This document shows, one piece after another, positions 48,313 to 59,745 of a stretch of DNA of 64,000 bases (the first letter of the stretch is position 1; each line of letters starts with the position of its first letter). The notes under the pieces are model-generated. The model ran no database searches, was not told the DNA's origin, and saw only the letters and a list, made by a program, of their open reading frames with translations. The stretch lies in the NCBI RefSeq assembly GCF_036507355.1, contig NZ_AP027877.1; one strand, written 5' to 3'. A program made the position numbers and the translations under genes. Origin of the DNA: Escherichia coli (GTDB lineage: Bacteria; Pseudomonadota; Gammaproteobacteria; Enterobacterales; Enterobacteriaceae).

Positions 48313-50031
48313 ATGCGTACTAGCCAATACCTGCTCTCCACTCTCAAGGAGACACCTGCCGACGCCGAGGTGATCAGCCATCAGCTGATGCTGCGCGCCG
48401 GGATGATCCGCAAGCTGGCCTCCGGGTTATATACCTGGCTGCCGACCGGCGTGCGCGTTCTGAAAAAAGTCGAAAACATCGTGCGTGAAGAGATGAACAA
48501 CGCCGGTGCAATCGAGGTGTCGATGCCGGTGGTTCAGCCAGCCGATTTGTGGCAAGAGAGTGGTCGTTGGGAACAGTACGGTCCGGAACTGCTGCGTTTT
48601 GTTGACCGTGGCGAGCGTCCGTTCGTACTCGGCCCAACTCATGAAGAAGTTATCACTGACCTGATTCGTAACGAGCTTAGCTCTTACAAACAGCTGCCGC
48701 TGAACTTCTATCAGATCCAGACCAAGTTCCGCGACGAAGTACGTCCGCGTTTCGGCGTCATGCGTTCCCGCGAATTCCTGATGAAAGATGCTTACTCTTT
48801 TCATACTTCTCAGGAATCCCTGCAGGAAACCTACGATGCAATGTATGCGGCCTACAGCAAAATCTTCAGCCGCATGGGGCTGGATTTCCGCGCCGTACAG
48901 GCCGACACCGGTTCTATCGGCGGCAGCGCCTCTCACGAATTCCAGGTGCTGGCGCAGAGCGGTGAAGACGATGTGGTCTTCTCCGACACCTCTGACTATG
49001 CAGCGAACATTGAACTGGCAGAAGCTATCGCGCCGAAAGAACCGCGCGCTGCTGCTACCCAGGAAATGACGCTGGTTGATACGCCGAACGCGAAAACCAT
49101 CGCGGAACTGGTTGAACAGTTCAATCTGCCGATTGAGAAAACGGTTAAGACTCTGCTGGTTAAAGCGGTTGAAGGCAGTAGCTTCCCGCTGGTTGCGCTG
49201 CTGGTGCGCGGTGACCACGAACTGAACGAAGTTAAAGCAGAAAAACTGCCGCAGGTTGCAAGCCCGCTGACTTTCGCGACCGAAGAAGAAATTCGTGCCG
49301 TGGTTAACGCCGGTCCGGGTTCACTGGGTCCGGTAAACATGCCGATTCCGGTGGTGATTGACCGTACCGTTGCGGCGATGAGTGATTTCGCTGCTGGTGC
49401 TAACATCGATGGTAAACACTACTTCGGCATCAACTGGGATCGCGATGTCGCTACCCCGGAAGTTGCGGATATCCGTAACGTGGTGGCTGGCGATCCAAGC
49501 CCGGATGGCCAGGGTACGCTGCTGATCAAACGTGGTATCGAAGTTGGTCACATCTTCCAGCTGGGTACCAAGTACTCCGAAGCACTGAAAGCCTCCGTAC
49601 AGGGTGAAGATGGCCGTAACCAAATCCTGACTATGGGTTGCTACGGTATCGGGGTAACGCGCGTAGTGGCTGCGGCGATTGAGCAGAACTACGACGAGCG
49701 CGGCATCGTATGGCCTGACGCGATCGCGCCGTTCCAGGTAGCGATTCTGCCGATGAACATGCACAAATCCTTCCGCGTACAAGAGCTTGCTGAGAAACTG
49801 TACAGCGAACTGCGTGCACAAGGTATCGAAGTGCTGCTGGATGACCGCAAAGAGCGTCCGGGCGTGATGTTTGCTGATATGGAACTGATCGGTATTCCGC
49901 ACACTATTGTGCTGGGCGACCGTAACCTCGACAACGACGATATCGAATATAAATATCGTCGTAACGGCGAGAAACAGTTAATTAAGACCGGTGACATCGT
50001 CGATTATCTGGTAAAACAGATTAAAGGCTGA
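48313..50031 (+). CDS. proS: prolyl-tRNA synthetase
   Basis: 572 aa from [20 protein letters not shown] (ORF 48259..50031 has an N-terminal extension); class II aaRS motifs. Confidence 0.9.
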   Translation: MRTSQYLLSTLKETPADAEVISHQLMLRAGMIRKLASGLYTWLPTGVRVLKKVENIVREEMNNAGAIEVSMPVVQPADLWQESGRWEQYGPELLRFVDRGERPFVLGPTHEEVITDLIRNELSSYKQLPLNFYQIQTKFRDEVRPRFGVMRSREFLMKDAYSFHTSQESLQETYDAMYAAYSKIFSRMGLDFRAVQADTGSIGGSASHEFQVLAQSGEDDVVFSDTSDYAANIELAEAIAPKEPRAAATQEMTLVDTPNAKTIAELVEQFNLPIEKTVKTLLVKAVEGSSFPLVALLVRGDHELNEVKAEKLPQVASPLTFATEEEIRAVVNAGPGSLGPVNMPIPVVIDRTVAAMSDFAAGANIDGKHYFGINWDRDVATPEVADIRNVVAGDPSPDGQGTLLIKRGIEVGHIFQLGTKYSEALKASVQGEDGRNQILTMGCYGIGVTRVVAAAIEQNYDERGIVWPDAIAPFQVAILPMNMHKSFRVQELAEKLYSELRAQGIEVLLDDRKERPGVMFADMELIGIPHTIVLGDRNLDNDDIEYKYRRNGEKQLIKTGDIVDYLVKQIKG

Positions 50032-50038
50032 TGCCAGA

Positions 50039-50066
50039 AAGGGTCCTGATTTCAGGGCCCTTTTTT
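50039..50066 (+). terminator. rho-independent terminator after proS
   Basis: aaagggtcctgatttcagggccctttttt. Confidence 0.55.
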
Positions 50067-50390
50067 ACAGGGATTGTATAAAATGGATAAACCAAAGGCG
50101 CACTACCGCCTGTTTCTCCCCTGCTTTCTTTTGCTTTCGGCCTGCACCGTTGATATCAGACAACCAGACTCATCAGCCACAGCGGTAGATGCTGAGGCGA
50201 AAACATGGGCAGTCAAATTCCAGCATCAAAGCTCTTTCACCGAACAATCAATAAAAGAAATAACTGAAACCGATCTCAAACCCGGCGATTTGCTGTTCTC
50301 CTCAAGCCTGGGGGTAACCTCATTTGGTATCCGGGTATTCAGCACTTTGAGGTGTACTGGCAATAGCGGACACTACCATTTGTTCTTTTT

Positions 50391-51209
50391 TTAAGCAGCC
50401 ATCTGATGATATTTTTCCCTGAAGGCTGCCGGGGAGATATTCCCCAGACGAGAGTGACGACGCTGACGATTGTAGAAAATCTCAATGTATTCCCGTATTA
50501 CTGAGATGGCTTCATCCCGGTTATTAAAACGATAGTGGCTCAGGCTCTCATTTTTCAGCGTTCCCCAGAAGCTTTCCATCGGAGCGTTGTCGTAACAGTT
50601 ACCTTTACGCGACATTGATGTTTTCAGACCAAACTGCTCCTGTATGACCCGGTAATCGTATGCGCAGTACTGTGAACCTCGATCAGAGTGGTGGATTAGC
50701 CCGACAGGTGGGCGCTGGCTCCTGAGCGCCATAAACAGGGCTTTACCTGTCAGCTCTTTTGTCATGCGCTCTCCCATGGCGTAGCCGACAATTTCGCACG
50801 TATAAACATCTTTGATGCCAGCGAGGTACAACCATCCCTCCTGTGTGGCAACATACGTCAGGTCCGCCACCCAGACCTGATTTGGTGCTGTAGGAGCGAA
50901 CGTCTGGTTCAGCAGATTTGGCGCAACTGGCAGATTGTGGTTCGAGTTCGTAGTCGCTCTGAACTTGCGTTTCTGCTTACAGCGTAGCCTTAGCTCCTTA
51001 CGAAGACGTGCCAGTCGGTCACGACCAACGATGATGCCATTCTCTGCCAGCTCCGTCTGGAGCCGCCGGGTTCCATATGTTTCGCGAGTGCGGATATGTG
51101 CCACCTTAATCTCCAGTTTTAGCCGCTCATCACTTTGTTTTCTGTCTGAGGGTTCATGCTGTACCCAGTTGTAATAACCGCTCCTGGATACACCAAATAC
51201 CTGACACAT
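50391..51209 (-). CDS. IS3-family transposase OrfB (DDE)
   Basis: 272-aa ORF, identical to 14688..15506 except one residue. Confidence 0.85.
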   Translation of the reverse strand: MCQVFGVSRSGYYNWVQHEPSDRKQSDERLKLEIKVAHIRTRETYGTRRLQTELAENGIIVGRDRLARLRKELRLRCKQKRKFRATTNSNHNLPVAPNLLNQTFAPTAPNQVWVADLTYVATQEGWLYLAGIKDVYTCEIVGYAMGERMTKELTGKALFMALRSQRPPVGLIHHSDRGSQYCAYDYRVIQEQFGLKTSMSRKGNCYDNAPMESFWGTLKNESLSHYRFNNRDEAISVIREYIEIFYNRQRRHSRLGNISPAAFREKYHQMAA

Positions 51210-51244
51210 CGCTTCAATGGGAAATTGTTGTCGCCATTGTTCGA

Positions 51245-51547
51245 TTAACGCGTATTTTTCAGCGACTCCTGTGCAAAATACGCTGTTGCTTTTTTTAATA
51301 TATCTCGCTCAAGGCGAGCTTCATTTAACGCCTTACGCAGTTGCAGAATTTCAGATTCCAGTTCAGCCACCGTGCGGGAACCAGGAGTACCGAGCCCTTT
51401 TCTGGCGGCGGTAACCCATTGTCCTAAAGTGCCTTCAGGAAGAGATAATCGGGAAGCGCCTTCACTGATCGAAAGTTGATTTTCAAGAACCGTTCTGACA
51501 GCTTCGGCTTTGAACTCTTTAGAGTAACGTTGGGTTTTTCTGCTCAT
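51245..51547 (-). CDS. IS3-family transposase OrfA
   Basis: 100-aa ORF identical to 14350..14652. Confidence 0.85.
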   Translation of the reverse strand: MSRKTQRYSKEFKAEAVRTVLENQLSISEGASRLSLPEGTLGQWVTAARKGLGTPGSRTVAELESEILQLRKALNEARLERDILKKATAYFAQESLKNTR

Positions 51548-52179
51548 TATTAGCTCCTTCTGATGCCATTCTATTTCAGGAAGGAGTGTCCGTTAAACTC
51601 AGGCTACCTCACTTCTTCCGTCAGTCATGTGGCTATCTATCTGGGTGATAATAACGTTGCAGAAGCGACGGGCGCTGGCGTCCAGATTGTTTCCCTTAAA
51701 AAAGCCATGAAGCACAGTGATAAGCTTTTCGTCTTACGAGTCCCGGACCTTACCCCGCAACAAGCCTCAGATATCGCCGCATTCGCCAATAAAATCAAAG
51801 ATAGCGGTTATAACTATCGCGGCATTGTCGAGTTCATTCCCTTTATGGTGACCCGCCAGATGTGCTCACTAAATCCGTTCTCCGAGGATTTTCGCCAACA
51901 GTGCGTCAGCGGCCTGGCGAAAGCGCAGTTAAGCAGTGTGGGCGAAGGAGACAAAAAGTCGTGGTTTTGTTCGGAATTTGTCACTGATGCATTTGCCAAA
52001 GCCGGGCATCCGCTTACGCTGGCGCAATCGGGCTGGATTAGCCCTGCCGATCTGATGCATATGCGTACTGGCGATGTCTCTGCGTTTAAGCCCGAAACGC
52101 AGTTACAGTATGTTGGGCACCTGAAGCCAGGGATTTATATCAAGGCGGGTCGCTTTGTTGGTTTGACCCGGTGATAAAG

Positions 52180-52300
<121 letters not shown>

Positions 52301-52373
52301 AAAACGTGCAAATTCAAAATGTTGAAATATATCCTTCTGGCCTGTTTTGCGTTTGTTTCTGTCTCAAGACGGG

Positions 52374-53084
52374 TTACTGCCCCAAACTACTGCAATCCTT
52401 GTTTGGGTAAAATTTACCTGCCGTATCGGGCGCTAATACTTTGGTTGGCGCACCGGTATCCGGATTAGCCTCAAGCGTAAAGTGACCTTCTACTGACAGT
52501 AACACCGGTTTTTCACTGTGACCGCGCGCAGCCAGGTAGCCACGCTCCAGCTCTGCGTTATTCGCTACCATGAAACGTTTTCCGGTCGCGCAATCAGTGA
52601 AGGTCGCCGCATCAGCCATATAAAAATACATGCCCCGCAGGGTCATCGGCGTCATGGGTAAACTGGATTGTGCCGGTTCCAGCGTATAGTTGAATTGCGA
52701 TTCAATCGGATTGCCTTCACGATCGAGCATCTCCAGCGCATCGCCTTTCGCCCGATAATATGACTTTTCACCTTTGCTGTCGGTTAATACCAGCTTGTCA
52801 GCGGTTCGCGCCCATGTACCGTAGGAAGCGAAGGAGGAAGGTTCTTCACGAGCACCGAGATAACGCTCATTCATCACCCATGTTCCGTCTTTTTCGAGGA
52901 ACAGAGAGGTTTCGATTCCTTCGCAATCGGCACACGGCAGCACGCCGCGCCAACTTTGCGGCATCGGTTTCAGTTCGGCAGCCTGCGCCGGAGAAAGCGT
53001 ATCGACTTCGGCCCGATTATTACAACCCATCAGAGTAAAGAGGCTGATTACAGCCATCGCTGTCACTATCGCTTTTTTCACCAT
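52374..53084 (-). CDS. nlpE: outer-membrane lipoprotein NlpE (Cpx pathway activator)
   Basis: 236 aa; lipobox LMGC and CxxC motif. Confidence 0.9.
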   Translation of the reverse strand: MVKKAIVTAMAVISLFTLMGCNNRAEVDTLSPAQAAELKPMPQSWRGVLPCADCEGIETSLFLEKDGTWVMNERYLGAREEPSSFASYGTWARTADKLVLTDSKGEKSYYRAKGDALEMLDREGNPIESQFNYTLEPAQSSLPMTPMTLRGMYFYMADAATFTDCATGKRFMVANNAELERGYLAARGHSEKPVLLSVEGHFTLEANPDTGAPTKVLAPDTAGKFYPNKDCSSLGQ

Positions 53085-53097
53085 CCATTCCTTCTTT

Positions 53098-53520
53098 TTA
53101 TTCCTGACCGCTGCGTACTTTGCCGCGCATCGCCTTCACGCTTGATTTTTGTGCTTTCGATGCCAGCCTGCGCTCTTTCGATGCACGGGTGGGCCGCGTG
53201 GGTCGTCGGGCTTTTTGTTCTGTTGTTAAATCTTTAATCACTGCCACCAGCCGGGCCAGCGCCGCTTCGCGGTTCAGTTCCTGATTGCGGTATTCCTGTG
53301 CCTTAATGACAATTACGCCATCACTGCTGATCAAATGATGGCTGGCGGCGAGCAGACTCTCTTTGTAATACTCTGGCAGGCTGGATGCCCGAATGTCAAA
53401 ACGCAGATGAATGGCCGTTGAGGTCTTATTAACATGCTGCCCGCCCGCGCCCTGCGCACGAATGGCGGTGATCTCAAGCTCACCATCGGGAATAGCAACA
53501 TGTCGGGAAATCACAATCAT
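53098..53520 (-). CDS. arfB: peptidyl-tRNA hydrolase ArfB (YaeJ), ribosome rescue factor
   Basis: 140 aa; GGQ motif (AGGQHVNKT) and basic C-terminal tail. Confidence 0.9.
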   Translation of the reverse strand: MIVISRHVAIPDGELEITAIRAQGAGGQHVNKTSTAIHLRFDIRASSLPEYYKESLLAASHHLISSDGVIVIKAQEYRNQELNREAALARLVAVIKDLTTEQKARRPTRPTRASKERRLASKAQKSSVKAMRGKVRSGQE

Positions 53521-54062
53521 GAAGGTTGTTGCCAGGCGGTTAAGTTCACTTCCAGATTATTCTTATCATCCGATAACCAGATCACGCCATCCTGAATCGT
53601 TGCCTGCAGCGTCATGGTACGATCGGCAAAGGCGCTTACTTTCGCCAGTTGTTCATCGTCCAGATACCAGACGGAAAGATTGGCAAACTGCACACATTTG
53701 CTCTGATTTTGCTGCCACCAGATTTGCGCCGCCCGACTATTATAGGTAAACAGCGCCACTTCTGCGGCCTGGGTGCAGGCTTTCTTAATCCGCCGCTCAT
53801 CCGGCAGCCCCAGCTCAATCCACAAATCAATGCCCAGGTGATCGTTACGCAGCCACGCTTCCGGCTCATCATCGGCACACAAACCACGGGTAAATTGCAG
53901 ACGTTCATCAGCATATTTCAGCCACGCCAGCAAGCGCAGCATCATACGCTCCTGGGTTTCTGAAGGGTGGCGCGCCAGCGTCAGAGAGGCATCGAGAAAC
54001 TGGTTGCGGTCGAGATCGGCCACATTAACCGTCGCTTTATAAATTGTCGCTTTAAGCGCCAT
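53517..54062 (-). CDS. yaeQ: YaeQ-family protein
   Basis: 181 aa; stop overlaps arfB start. Confidence 0.8.
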   Translation of the reverse strand: MALKATIYKATVNVADLDRNQFLDASLTLARHPSETQERMMLRLLAWLKYADERLQFTRGLCADDEPEAWLRNDHLGIDLWIELGLPDERRIKKACTQAAEVALFTYNSRAAQIWWQQNQSKCVQFANLSVWYLDDEQLAKVSAFADRTMTLQATIQDGVIWLSDDKNNLEVNLTAWQQPS

Positions 54063-54227
54063 AAGAAAACTCCTTTCGAATCAGGAGGCCATTGTAACGG
54101 AATACGTGCAGTTGCGGCGCTGATATTGCAGAAATGAGTGTGGTATAGTCACCTTGCGAAACAGAGTTTATCTTCGTAGGCTTAGACTTGCATCCACGGT
54201 TAAGTCAGAGTGCTGACAGGAGGGCAT

Positions 54228-54428
54228 GTGGAAAAATATTGTGAGTTAATACGCAAGCGGTACGCGGAAATCGCCAGCGGAGACTTAGGATACGTTCCGG
54301 ACGCGCTGGGCTGCGTTTTGAAAGTGCTGAATGAAATGGCTGCCGACGACGCCCTTTCTGAGGCTGTCAGGGAAAAAGCAGCATACGCTGCGGCAAACTT
54401 ACTGGTGAGCGATTATGTCAATGAATGA
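54228..54428 (+). CDS. yaeP: small UPF0253-family protein YaeP
   Basis: 66 aa from probable GTG start ([15 protein letters not shown]); ORF-track start 54210 likely too long. Confidence 0.65.
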
Positions 54429-54675
54429 TACGTATCAACCAATCAATTGTGATGATTACGATAATCTTGAGCTCGCCTGCCAGCATCATTTAATGCTGAC
54501 ACTTGAGCTGAAAGATGGCGAAAAATTGCAGGCAAAAGCCAGCGATTTAGTCTCCCGCAAAAATGTGGAGTATCTGGTCGTCGAGGCCGCTGGCGAAACC
54601 CGTGAGCTACGTCTGGATAAAATTACCAGCTTTAGCCACCCGGAAATCGGTACGGTGGTGGTGAGCGAGTCCTGA
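54415..54675 (+). CDS. rof: Rho-binding antiterminator Rof (YaeO)
   Basis: 86 aa [25 protein letters not shown]... Confidence 0.8.
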
Positions 54676-54683
54676 TTGACTTT

Positions 54684-54718
54684 CGCCGGATGCGACGCTT
54701 AATGCGTCATATCCGGCC
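54684..54718. repeat. REP-like palindromic element between convergent rof and tilS
   Basis: cgccggatgcgacgcttaatgcgtcatatccggcc. Confidence 0.45.
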
Positions 54719-54727
54719 TTCACTTAA

Positions 54728-56023
54728 CTAAGCGTTTCGCTGCCAGACAAAACTTATGCCATTCTCACCTTCAGCCACACCTTCTTGCGTCACAAATACC
54801 CCTGCCGCCGCAATCAGCGTTTCGCCATAAAACAGCAGTGGCGTGGTGTCACGTAGCCACGGCGGCACGCCCAGCTCTTGCCAGATTTTCTTTAGCTTAC
54901 GTCCGCCGTTACGCCCGACAATATGCAGCAATCCTGGCGCTTTGAAACGCACGCTGACCGCTTCGTCTGCACGCGGAGGGCGAATAGCACCTCCCGCATT
55001 AAGCTGTACACTTCCCAGCCCCGCCGGTAATTCCAGCGGTTGAAGCCACGTCTGCCACGGCACAATGTTTTCGCTTTGCCCGGTGACGGATTTAATCCAC
55101 CACAGTTGCGACTGATAGCGTCGGATTTCAAACGCGCCCAAACGTAAACAGGGGGAGGCATCTTCCCGCGCCAGCGCCACTTCCTGCCAGATCCTCACCA
55201 ACGCGTCGCGGGAAGGCATCGGTGCATTCTGCCCTGCCAGCCAGCGGCGGATAATCGCCGCGCGGCGGGCATCACTCATCGCCAGCATTGGCACAATCTG
55301 CAGCGTCCCCTGCGGCGATTGACAGTGTGCTAAATCATCCGCCAGCAGTTCATCCAACAGGCTCTCTTGTTCAGCACAAAGTGCGGCGCTGCGGGCCGTT
55401 GCTTCGGCAAAATGCGGCCAACGCTGCTGCAATAACGGCACTATGCGCAGGCGCAGAAAGTTACGATCATATGAGTCGTCCTGATTACTTTCGTCTTCAA
55501 TCCAGCGTAAACCATGCGCCAATGCCCACTGCTCCAGTTCCCCCCGCGTGCGGGCGAGCAACGGGCGGATAAGCCGTGTTCCGGCAAACTCCGAAACTTC
55601 CCCCATAGCCGAAAGCCCGGCAGGACCGCTACCGCGTTTTAGCGCCAGCAGAAAAGTTTCACATTGATCGTCGAGATGTTGCGCAGTGACCAGCACTTCA
55701 CCGGGTAACAGGGTACGAGCAAATGCCTGATAACGCGCCTGCCGCGCCTGGGCCTCAATGCCCAGTCCTTCTTGCGCAAGTTGCACGCGCTCGACCAACA
55801 GCGGCACCAGCCACTGTTGGCAGATGTTCTCGCAATGCATAACCCAGGCGTCGGCATTGGCACTTAAACCGTGATGCACATGAATAGCGCGCAGAGTGAC
55901 GCCCGGATTTTCCGCCCGCCACTGCACCAACTGATGCAGCAGAACGGTGGAGTCAAGCCCGCCGCTAAAGGCCACCAGAATCTGGCGTGAGGTGAGAAGT
56001 TGTCTTTTGAGCGTGAGTGTCAT
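54728..56023 (-). CDS. tilS: tRNA(Ile)-lysidine synthetase
   Basis: 431 aa; PP-loop SGGLDS motif. Confidence 0.9.
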   Translation of the reverse strand: MTLTLKRQLLTSRQILVAFSGGLDSTVLLHQLVQWRAENPGVTLRAIHVHHGLSANADAWVMHCENICQQWLVPLLVERVQLAQEGLGIEAQARQARYQAFARTLLPGEVLVTAQHLDDQCETFLLALKRGSGPAGLSAMGEVSEFAGTRLIRPLLARTRGELEQWALAHGLRWIEDESNQDDSYDRNFLRLRIVPLLQQRWPHFAEATARSAALCAEQESLLDELLADDLAHCQSPQGTLQIVPMLAMSDARRAAIIRRWLAGQNAPMPSRDALVRIWQEVALAREDASPCLRLGAFEIRRYQSQLWWIKSVTGQSENIVPWQTWLQPLELPAGLGSVQLNAGGAIRPPRADEAVSVRFKAPGLLHIVGRNGGRKLKKIWQELGVPPWLRDTTPLLFYGETLIAAAGVFVTQEGVAEGENGISFVWQRNA

Positions 56024-56087
56024 GATGGTGCAATTTTACAGTAGCAATGCCCGGCACGTTACCGGGCAAATGCGGCGATGACAAGCC

Positions 56088-56477
56088 TTACTGCTCATAC
56101 AGTTCCAACGGCAGCCCGTCCGGATCGTTAAAGAAGGTGAAGCGTTTTTGCGTGTATGGATCGACACGGATGGCTTCACACTTCACGTTATGGCTTTCAA
56201 GGTGCGCCACTGCCGCATCGATGTCATCAACGCTAAAAGCCAGATGACGCAGGCCGCAAGCTTCCGGTCGGCTGGGGCGCTCCGGCGGGAACGGAAATGA
56301 GAAAAGCTCAATCACATATTGCCCATTAAGCGCCAAATCCCCTTTCCACGAGTCGCGCGCTTCGCGATAGACTTCGCTTTGCAGCGTGAAACCAAGAATA
56401 TCGCAGTAGAAAGCTTTGCTCACCGCATAATCCGTCGCAATAATCGCAATATGGTGAACCTGTTTTAAACCCAGCAT
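56088..56477 (-). CDS. yaeR: glyoxalase/VOC-family protein YaeR
   Basis: 129 aa from MLGLKQVHHIAIIATDY (ORF 56088..56504 has a short N-terminal extension). Confidence 0.8.
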   Translation of the reverse strand: MLGLKQVHHIAIIATDYAVSKAFYCDILGFTLQSEVYREARDSWKGDLALNGQYVIELFSFPFPPERPSRPEACGLRHLAFSVDDIDAAVAHLESHNVKCEAIRVDPYTQKRFTFFNDPDGLPLELYEQ

Positions 56478-56533
56478 AACGTCTCCTTTATTTGTTAACA
56501 GCACGTTACTCGCCCGGAAGCCGCTCTGGCAAG

Positions 56534-58675
56534 TTATCCCGCCATTTTTAGGACTCGTACGCGGTAAACGCCGTCTTCGTCCTGTTTCGCGCCGTGAATA
56601 TCCGTTTCAAAACCGGGGTAATGTTGCCCTACGGAACAAAGCATCAGTAGAAAATCGAGTACCGTGCGGCTCTCTTTGGTCAGCATTTCTCCAGGCATCA
56701 ACAGCGGTACGCCAGGAGGATAAGGCAGGATCATATTTGCCGATACTCTACCGACCAGTTGTTCCAGCGCAATGGTTTCTACTTCACCTTTAATCTGTCT
56801 CTGCCATGCCTGATGTGGCGTCATGATCATCTCCGGCAAAGTATCGAATGCCCGCAACATCAAACCGGGAAGATCGTGTTTACGAATTAGCTTATGGATC
56901 CCTTGCGCCAGATCCTGAATACGCATATTGCGGTAGAAATCGGGATCTTCTGCGTACAGATCCGGAAGCATATTTTTGATTCGCAGATTGAGATCGTAAG
57001 AGCGTTTAAATTCCGTCAACCCACGCAATAATCCCATTGCTTTGGTTTTATCGATGCCAATACTAAAGAGAAACAGCAGGTTATATGGGCCGGTTTTCTC
57101 TACCACGATCCCACGCTCATCGAGGAACTTCGCCACCAGCGCCGCCGGGATCCCCTCCTCGCTCATATTGCCCTGCTCGTCCATCCCCGGCGTCAGAATA
57201 GTGACTTTAACCGGATCGAGGAACATATGATCGGCATCCGCATCGTTAAAGCCGTGCCATTGTTCGCCAGGCGCAACGGGCCAGCATTCGGCCTCATCCA
57301 CCTGCGGCGGTTGCCAGATATCGAAAAACCAACCGTCAGACTCTTCCCGCAGCCGCTGGACCTCTTTGCGAAAATGCAGCGCCCGCTCCACCGAACGGTT
57401 AATCAGCCGTTTGCCCGGATTACCACGCAGCATCGCTGCTGCCGTCTCAACCGAAGCAACAATGGGATAACTGGGCGAGGTGGTGGTATGCATCATAAAG
57501 GCTTCGTTAAACGCCTCTTCGTCATACTCACCTTTAATGTGGATCAGCGAAGCCTGCGATAACGCCGCCAGCATTTTGTGGGTCGATTGCGTTTCGAAGA
57601 TCACTTTTCCCGCAACACGCTCACCGCTCATACCACTTTTACCCTGGTAGATCGGATGAAAATGGGTGTACGGCACCCAGGCAGAATCGAAGTGGATCGA
57701 GGGGACATCCAGCGTCTGTTTGATCCAGTCGGTGTTGTAGAGCAAGCCATCATAGGTGGAGTTGGTGATCACCGCATGAACCGGCCATTGTGCCTGCGTG
57801 GTGGCAGCGACTTTCTCTTCGATGCTGTCACGAGTAAATTCACGGCGCGGGATCCCACCCAGAATCCCCAACGCATTACGCGTCGGTTTCAGCCAGACTG
57901 GCACTACATCGTTCATCATCAACAGATGCGCCAGTGATTTATGGCAGTTGCGGTCGATCAACAGCGTACTGCCGGATGGCGCGGCGTACATACCCACAAT
58001 TTTGTTCGACGTCGATGTTCCGTTGGTAACGATATAACTCTGTTCCGCGCCAAAAGTCCGCGCGATGTACTCTTCCGCTTCCAGGTGTGGCCCGGTGTGG
58101 TCGAGCAACGAACCAAGCTCGGTGACCGAAATAGAGACATCAGCCTTAAGAGTATTCCCGCCGAAAAAATCATAAAACAGACAGCCAACCGGGCTTTTTT
58201 GATATGCGGTGCCGCCCATATGCCCCGGCGTACAAAAGGTGTACTTCCGCTCTTTGACGTAGGTAAACAAGGCTTTCGTGAACGGCGGTGTAATGTTATC
58301 AAGATATTCGTCGGTGTACTGACGCATACGAATGGCGATATCTTCCGCCTGCCCCAGCGCATATTCAAAAAACCAGAGCGCCATCCGCATATCCTGCACG
58401 CTGACATCCATCGTCGAGTGGGTGTTGATGAAGGCATAAAGCGGGAGATATTCATTAAGCTGATTGATATCGCTACATAAATCGAGGCTGTACTCATCCC
58501 AGTCAAAAATCACGCCGCAAATTCGAGGGTTATGTTCGATAAATTTCAGCAAATCAACGCTGTTTTGTGGCCAGATAATCTGAAAGCCTTGCGCCACCAG
58601 CGCCGACTCCAGTTCTTTGATGGGCTCATCTTTATAAAAGACGCCATGCGGTCCCATAATGGCAATGATGTTCAT
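56534..58675 (-). CDS. ldcC: constitutive lysine decarboxylase
   Basis: 713 aa; sequence and position next to accA identify ldcC. Confidence 0.9.
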   Translation of the reverse strand: MNIIAIMGPHGVFYKDEPIKELESALVAQGFQIIWPQNSVDLLKFIEHNPRICGVIFDWDEYSLDLCSDINQLNEYLPLYAFINTHSTMDVSVQDMRMALWFFEYALGQAEDIAIRMRQYTDEYLDNITPPFTKALFTYVKERKYTFCTPGHMGGTAYQKSPVGCLFYDFFGGNTLKADVSISVTELGSLLDHTGPHLEAEEYIARTFGAEQSYIVTNGTSTSNKIVGMYAAPSGSTLLIDRNCHKSLAHLLMMNDVVPVWLKPTRNALGILGGIPRREFTRDSIEEKVAATTQAQWPVHAVITNSTYDGLLYNTDWIKQTLDVPSIHFDSAWVPYTHFHPIYQGKSGMSGERVAGKVIFETQSTHKMLAALSQASLIHIKGEYDEEAFNEAFMMHTTTSPSYPIVASVETAAAMLRGNPGKRLINRSVERALHFRKEVQRLREESDGWFFDIWQPPQVDEAECWPVAPGEQWHGFNDADADHMFLDPVKVTILTPGMDEQGNMSEEGIPAALVAKFLDERGIVVEKTGPYNLLFLFSIGIDKTKAMGLLRGLTEFKRSYDLNLRIKNMLPDLYAEDPDFYRNMRIQDLAQGIHKLIRKHDLPGLMLRAFDTLPEMIMTPHQAWQRQIKGEVETIALEQLVGRVSANMILPYPPGVPLLMPGEMLTKESRTVLDFLLMLCSVGQHYPGFETDIHGAKQDEDGVYRVRVLKMAG

Positions 58676-58773
58676 GTGTTCCTCCTGGAAAATCCTTCCT
58701 TAATCATAGCCTGCTCAAACCGTGGCGATAAAAAAGGGCCACCGAAGTGACCCTTTTTCAGAACTTTTGCGAA

Positions 58774-59733
58774 TTACGCGTAACCGTAGCTCATCAGGCG
58801 CTGATAACGACGATTTTTTAAATCTTCAGTGCTTAACACGTCGAGATCGGCCAGATCCGCCAGCAGTTGCGCTTTCAACGATGCCGCCATCGCTTCCGGG
58901 TTACGGTGAGCGCCGCCCAGCGGTTCCGGGATGATGGAGTCGATCAGTTTCAGCTCTTTCAGACGCGGAGCGATGATACCCATCGCTTCAGCCGCCAGCG
59001 GCGCTTTGTCGGCGCTCTTCCACAGAATGGACGCACAACCTTCCGGCGAGATAACGGAATAGGTGCTGTATTGCAGCATATTCACTTTATCGCCCACGCC
59101 AATCGCCAGCGCACCGCCAGAACCACCTTCACCGATAACCGTACAAACTACCGGTACACCGAGGCGAGACATTTCACGCAGGTTGCGTGCAATAGCTTCA
59201 GACTGACCGCGTTCTTCTGCGCCCACGCCCGGATAAGCCCCCGGGGTGTCGATAAAGGTGATGATTGGCATCTTAAAGCGTTCAGCCATTTGCATCAGGC
59301 GCAGAGCTTTGCGGTAACCTTCTGGTGCTGGCATACCAAAGTTACGGCGAATTTTTTCTTTGGTTTCACGACCTTTTTGATGACCAATGATCATCACCGG
59401 ACGACCATCGAGACGGGCGATACCACCGACGATAGCTTTATCGTCTGCATACGCGCGGTCGCCAGCCAGTTCGTCAAATTCATCAAATGCCAGGCGAACG
59501 TAATCCAGGGTATAAGGACGCTGTGGATGGCGTGCCAGTTGCGCAATCTGCCATGCACCGAGATCGGCGAAGATTTTACGCGTCAGTTCTACGCTTTTTT
59601 CACGCAGACGATGCACTTCTTCATCGATGTTAATATCCAGTTTCTCATCCTGACGGCTAACCGCAGTCAGAGAATCGATTTTCGCTTCCAGCTCTGCAAT
59701 CGGCTGTTCAAAATCAAGGAAATTCAGACTCAT
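58774..59733 (-). CDS. accA: acetyl-CoA carboxylase carboxyltransferase alpha subunit
   Basis: 319 aa [23 protein letters not shown]... Confidence 0.95.
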   Translation of the reverse strand: MSLNFLDFEQPIAELEAKIDSLTAVSRQDEKLDINIDEEVHRLREKSVELTRKIFADLGAWQIAQLARHPQRPYTLDYVRLAFDEFDELAGDRAYADDKAIVGGIARLDGRPVMIIGHQKGRETKEKIRRNFGMPAPEGYRKALRLMQMAERFKMPIITFIDTPGAYPGVGAEERGQSEAIARNLREMSRLGVPVVCTVIGEGGSGGALAIGVGDKVNMLQYSTYSVISPEGCASILWKSADKAPLAAEAMGIIAPRLKELKLIDSIIPEPLGGAHRNPEAMAASLKAQLLADLADLDVLSTEDLKNRRYQRLMSYGYA

Positions 59734-59745
59734 AGTATTCCTGTA

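Larger units (their letters stand above)
50348..51611 (-). mobile_element. IS3-family insertion sequence, IS600-like, copy 2
   Basis: 1264 bp; same inverted repeats and near-identical ORFs as copy 1 (OrfB differs at one residue, A/V); flanked by CTT direct repeat. Confidence 0.9.
50083..52174 (+). pseudogene. yaeF: NlpC/P60-family lipoprotein gene yaeF, interrupted by an IS600-like insertion
   Basis: N-terminal part MDKPKAHYRLFLPCFLLLSACTVD...GIRVFS (50083..50347) and C-terminal part SSVSHVAIYLGDNN...GLTR (51612..52174) flank the IS with a 3-bp CTT target duplication. Confidence 0.85.

Noticed and set aside
48427-49902. Several long minus-strand ORFs (263, 193 and 136 aa)
   Set aside because: Antisense to proS; no independent signals.
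57227-58506. ORFs of 111-182 aa on both strands
   Set aside because: Lie within ldcC in alternative frames or antisense; ldcC is the well-supported gene.
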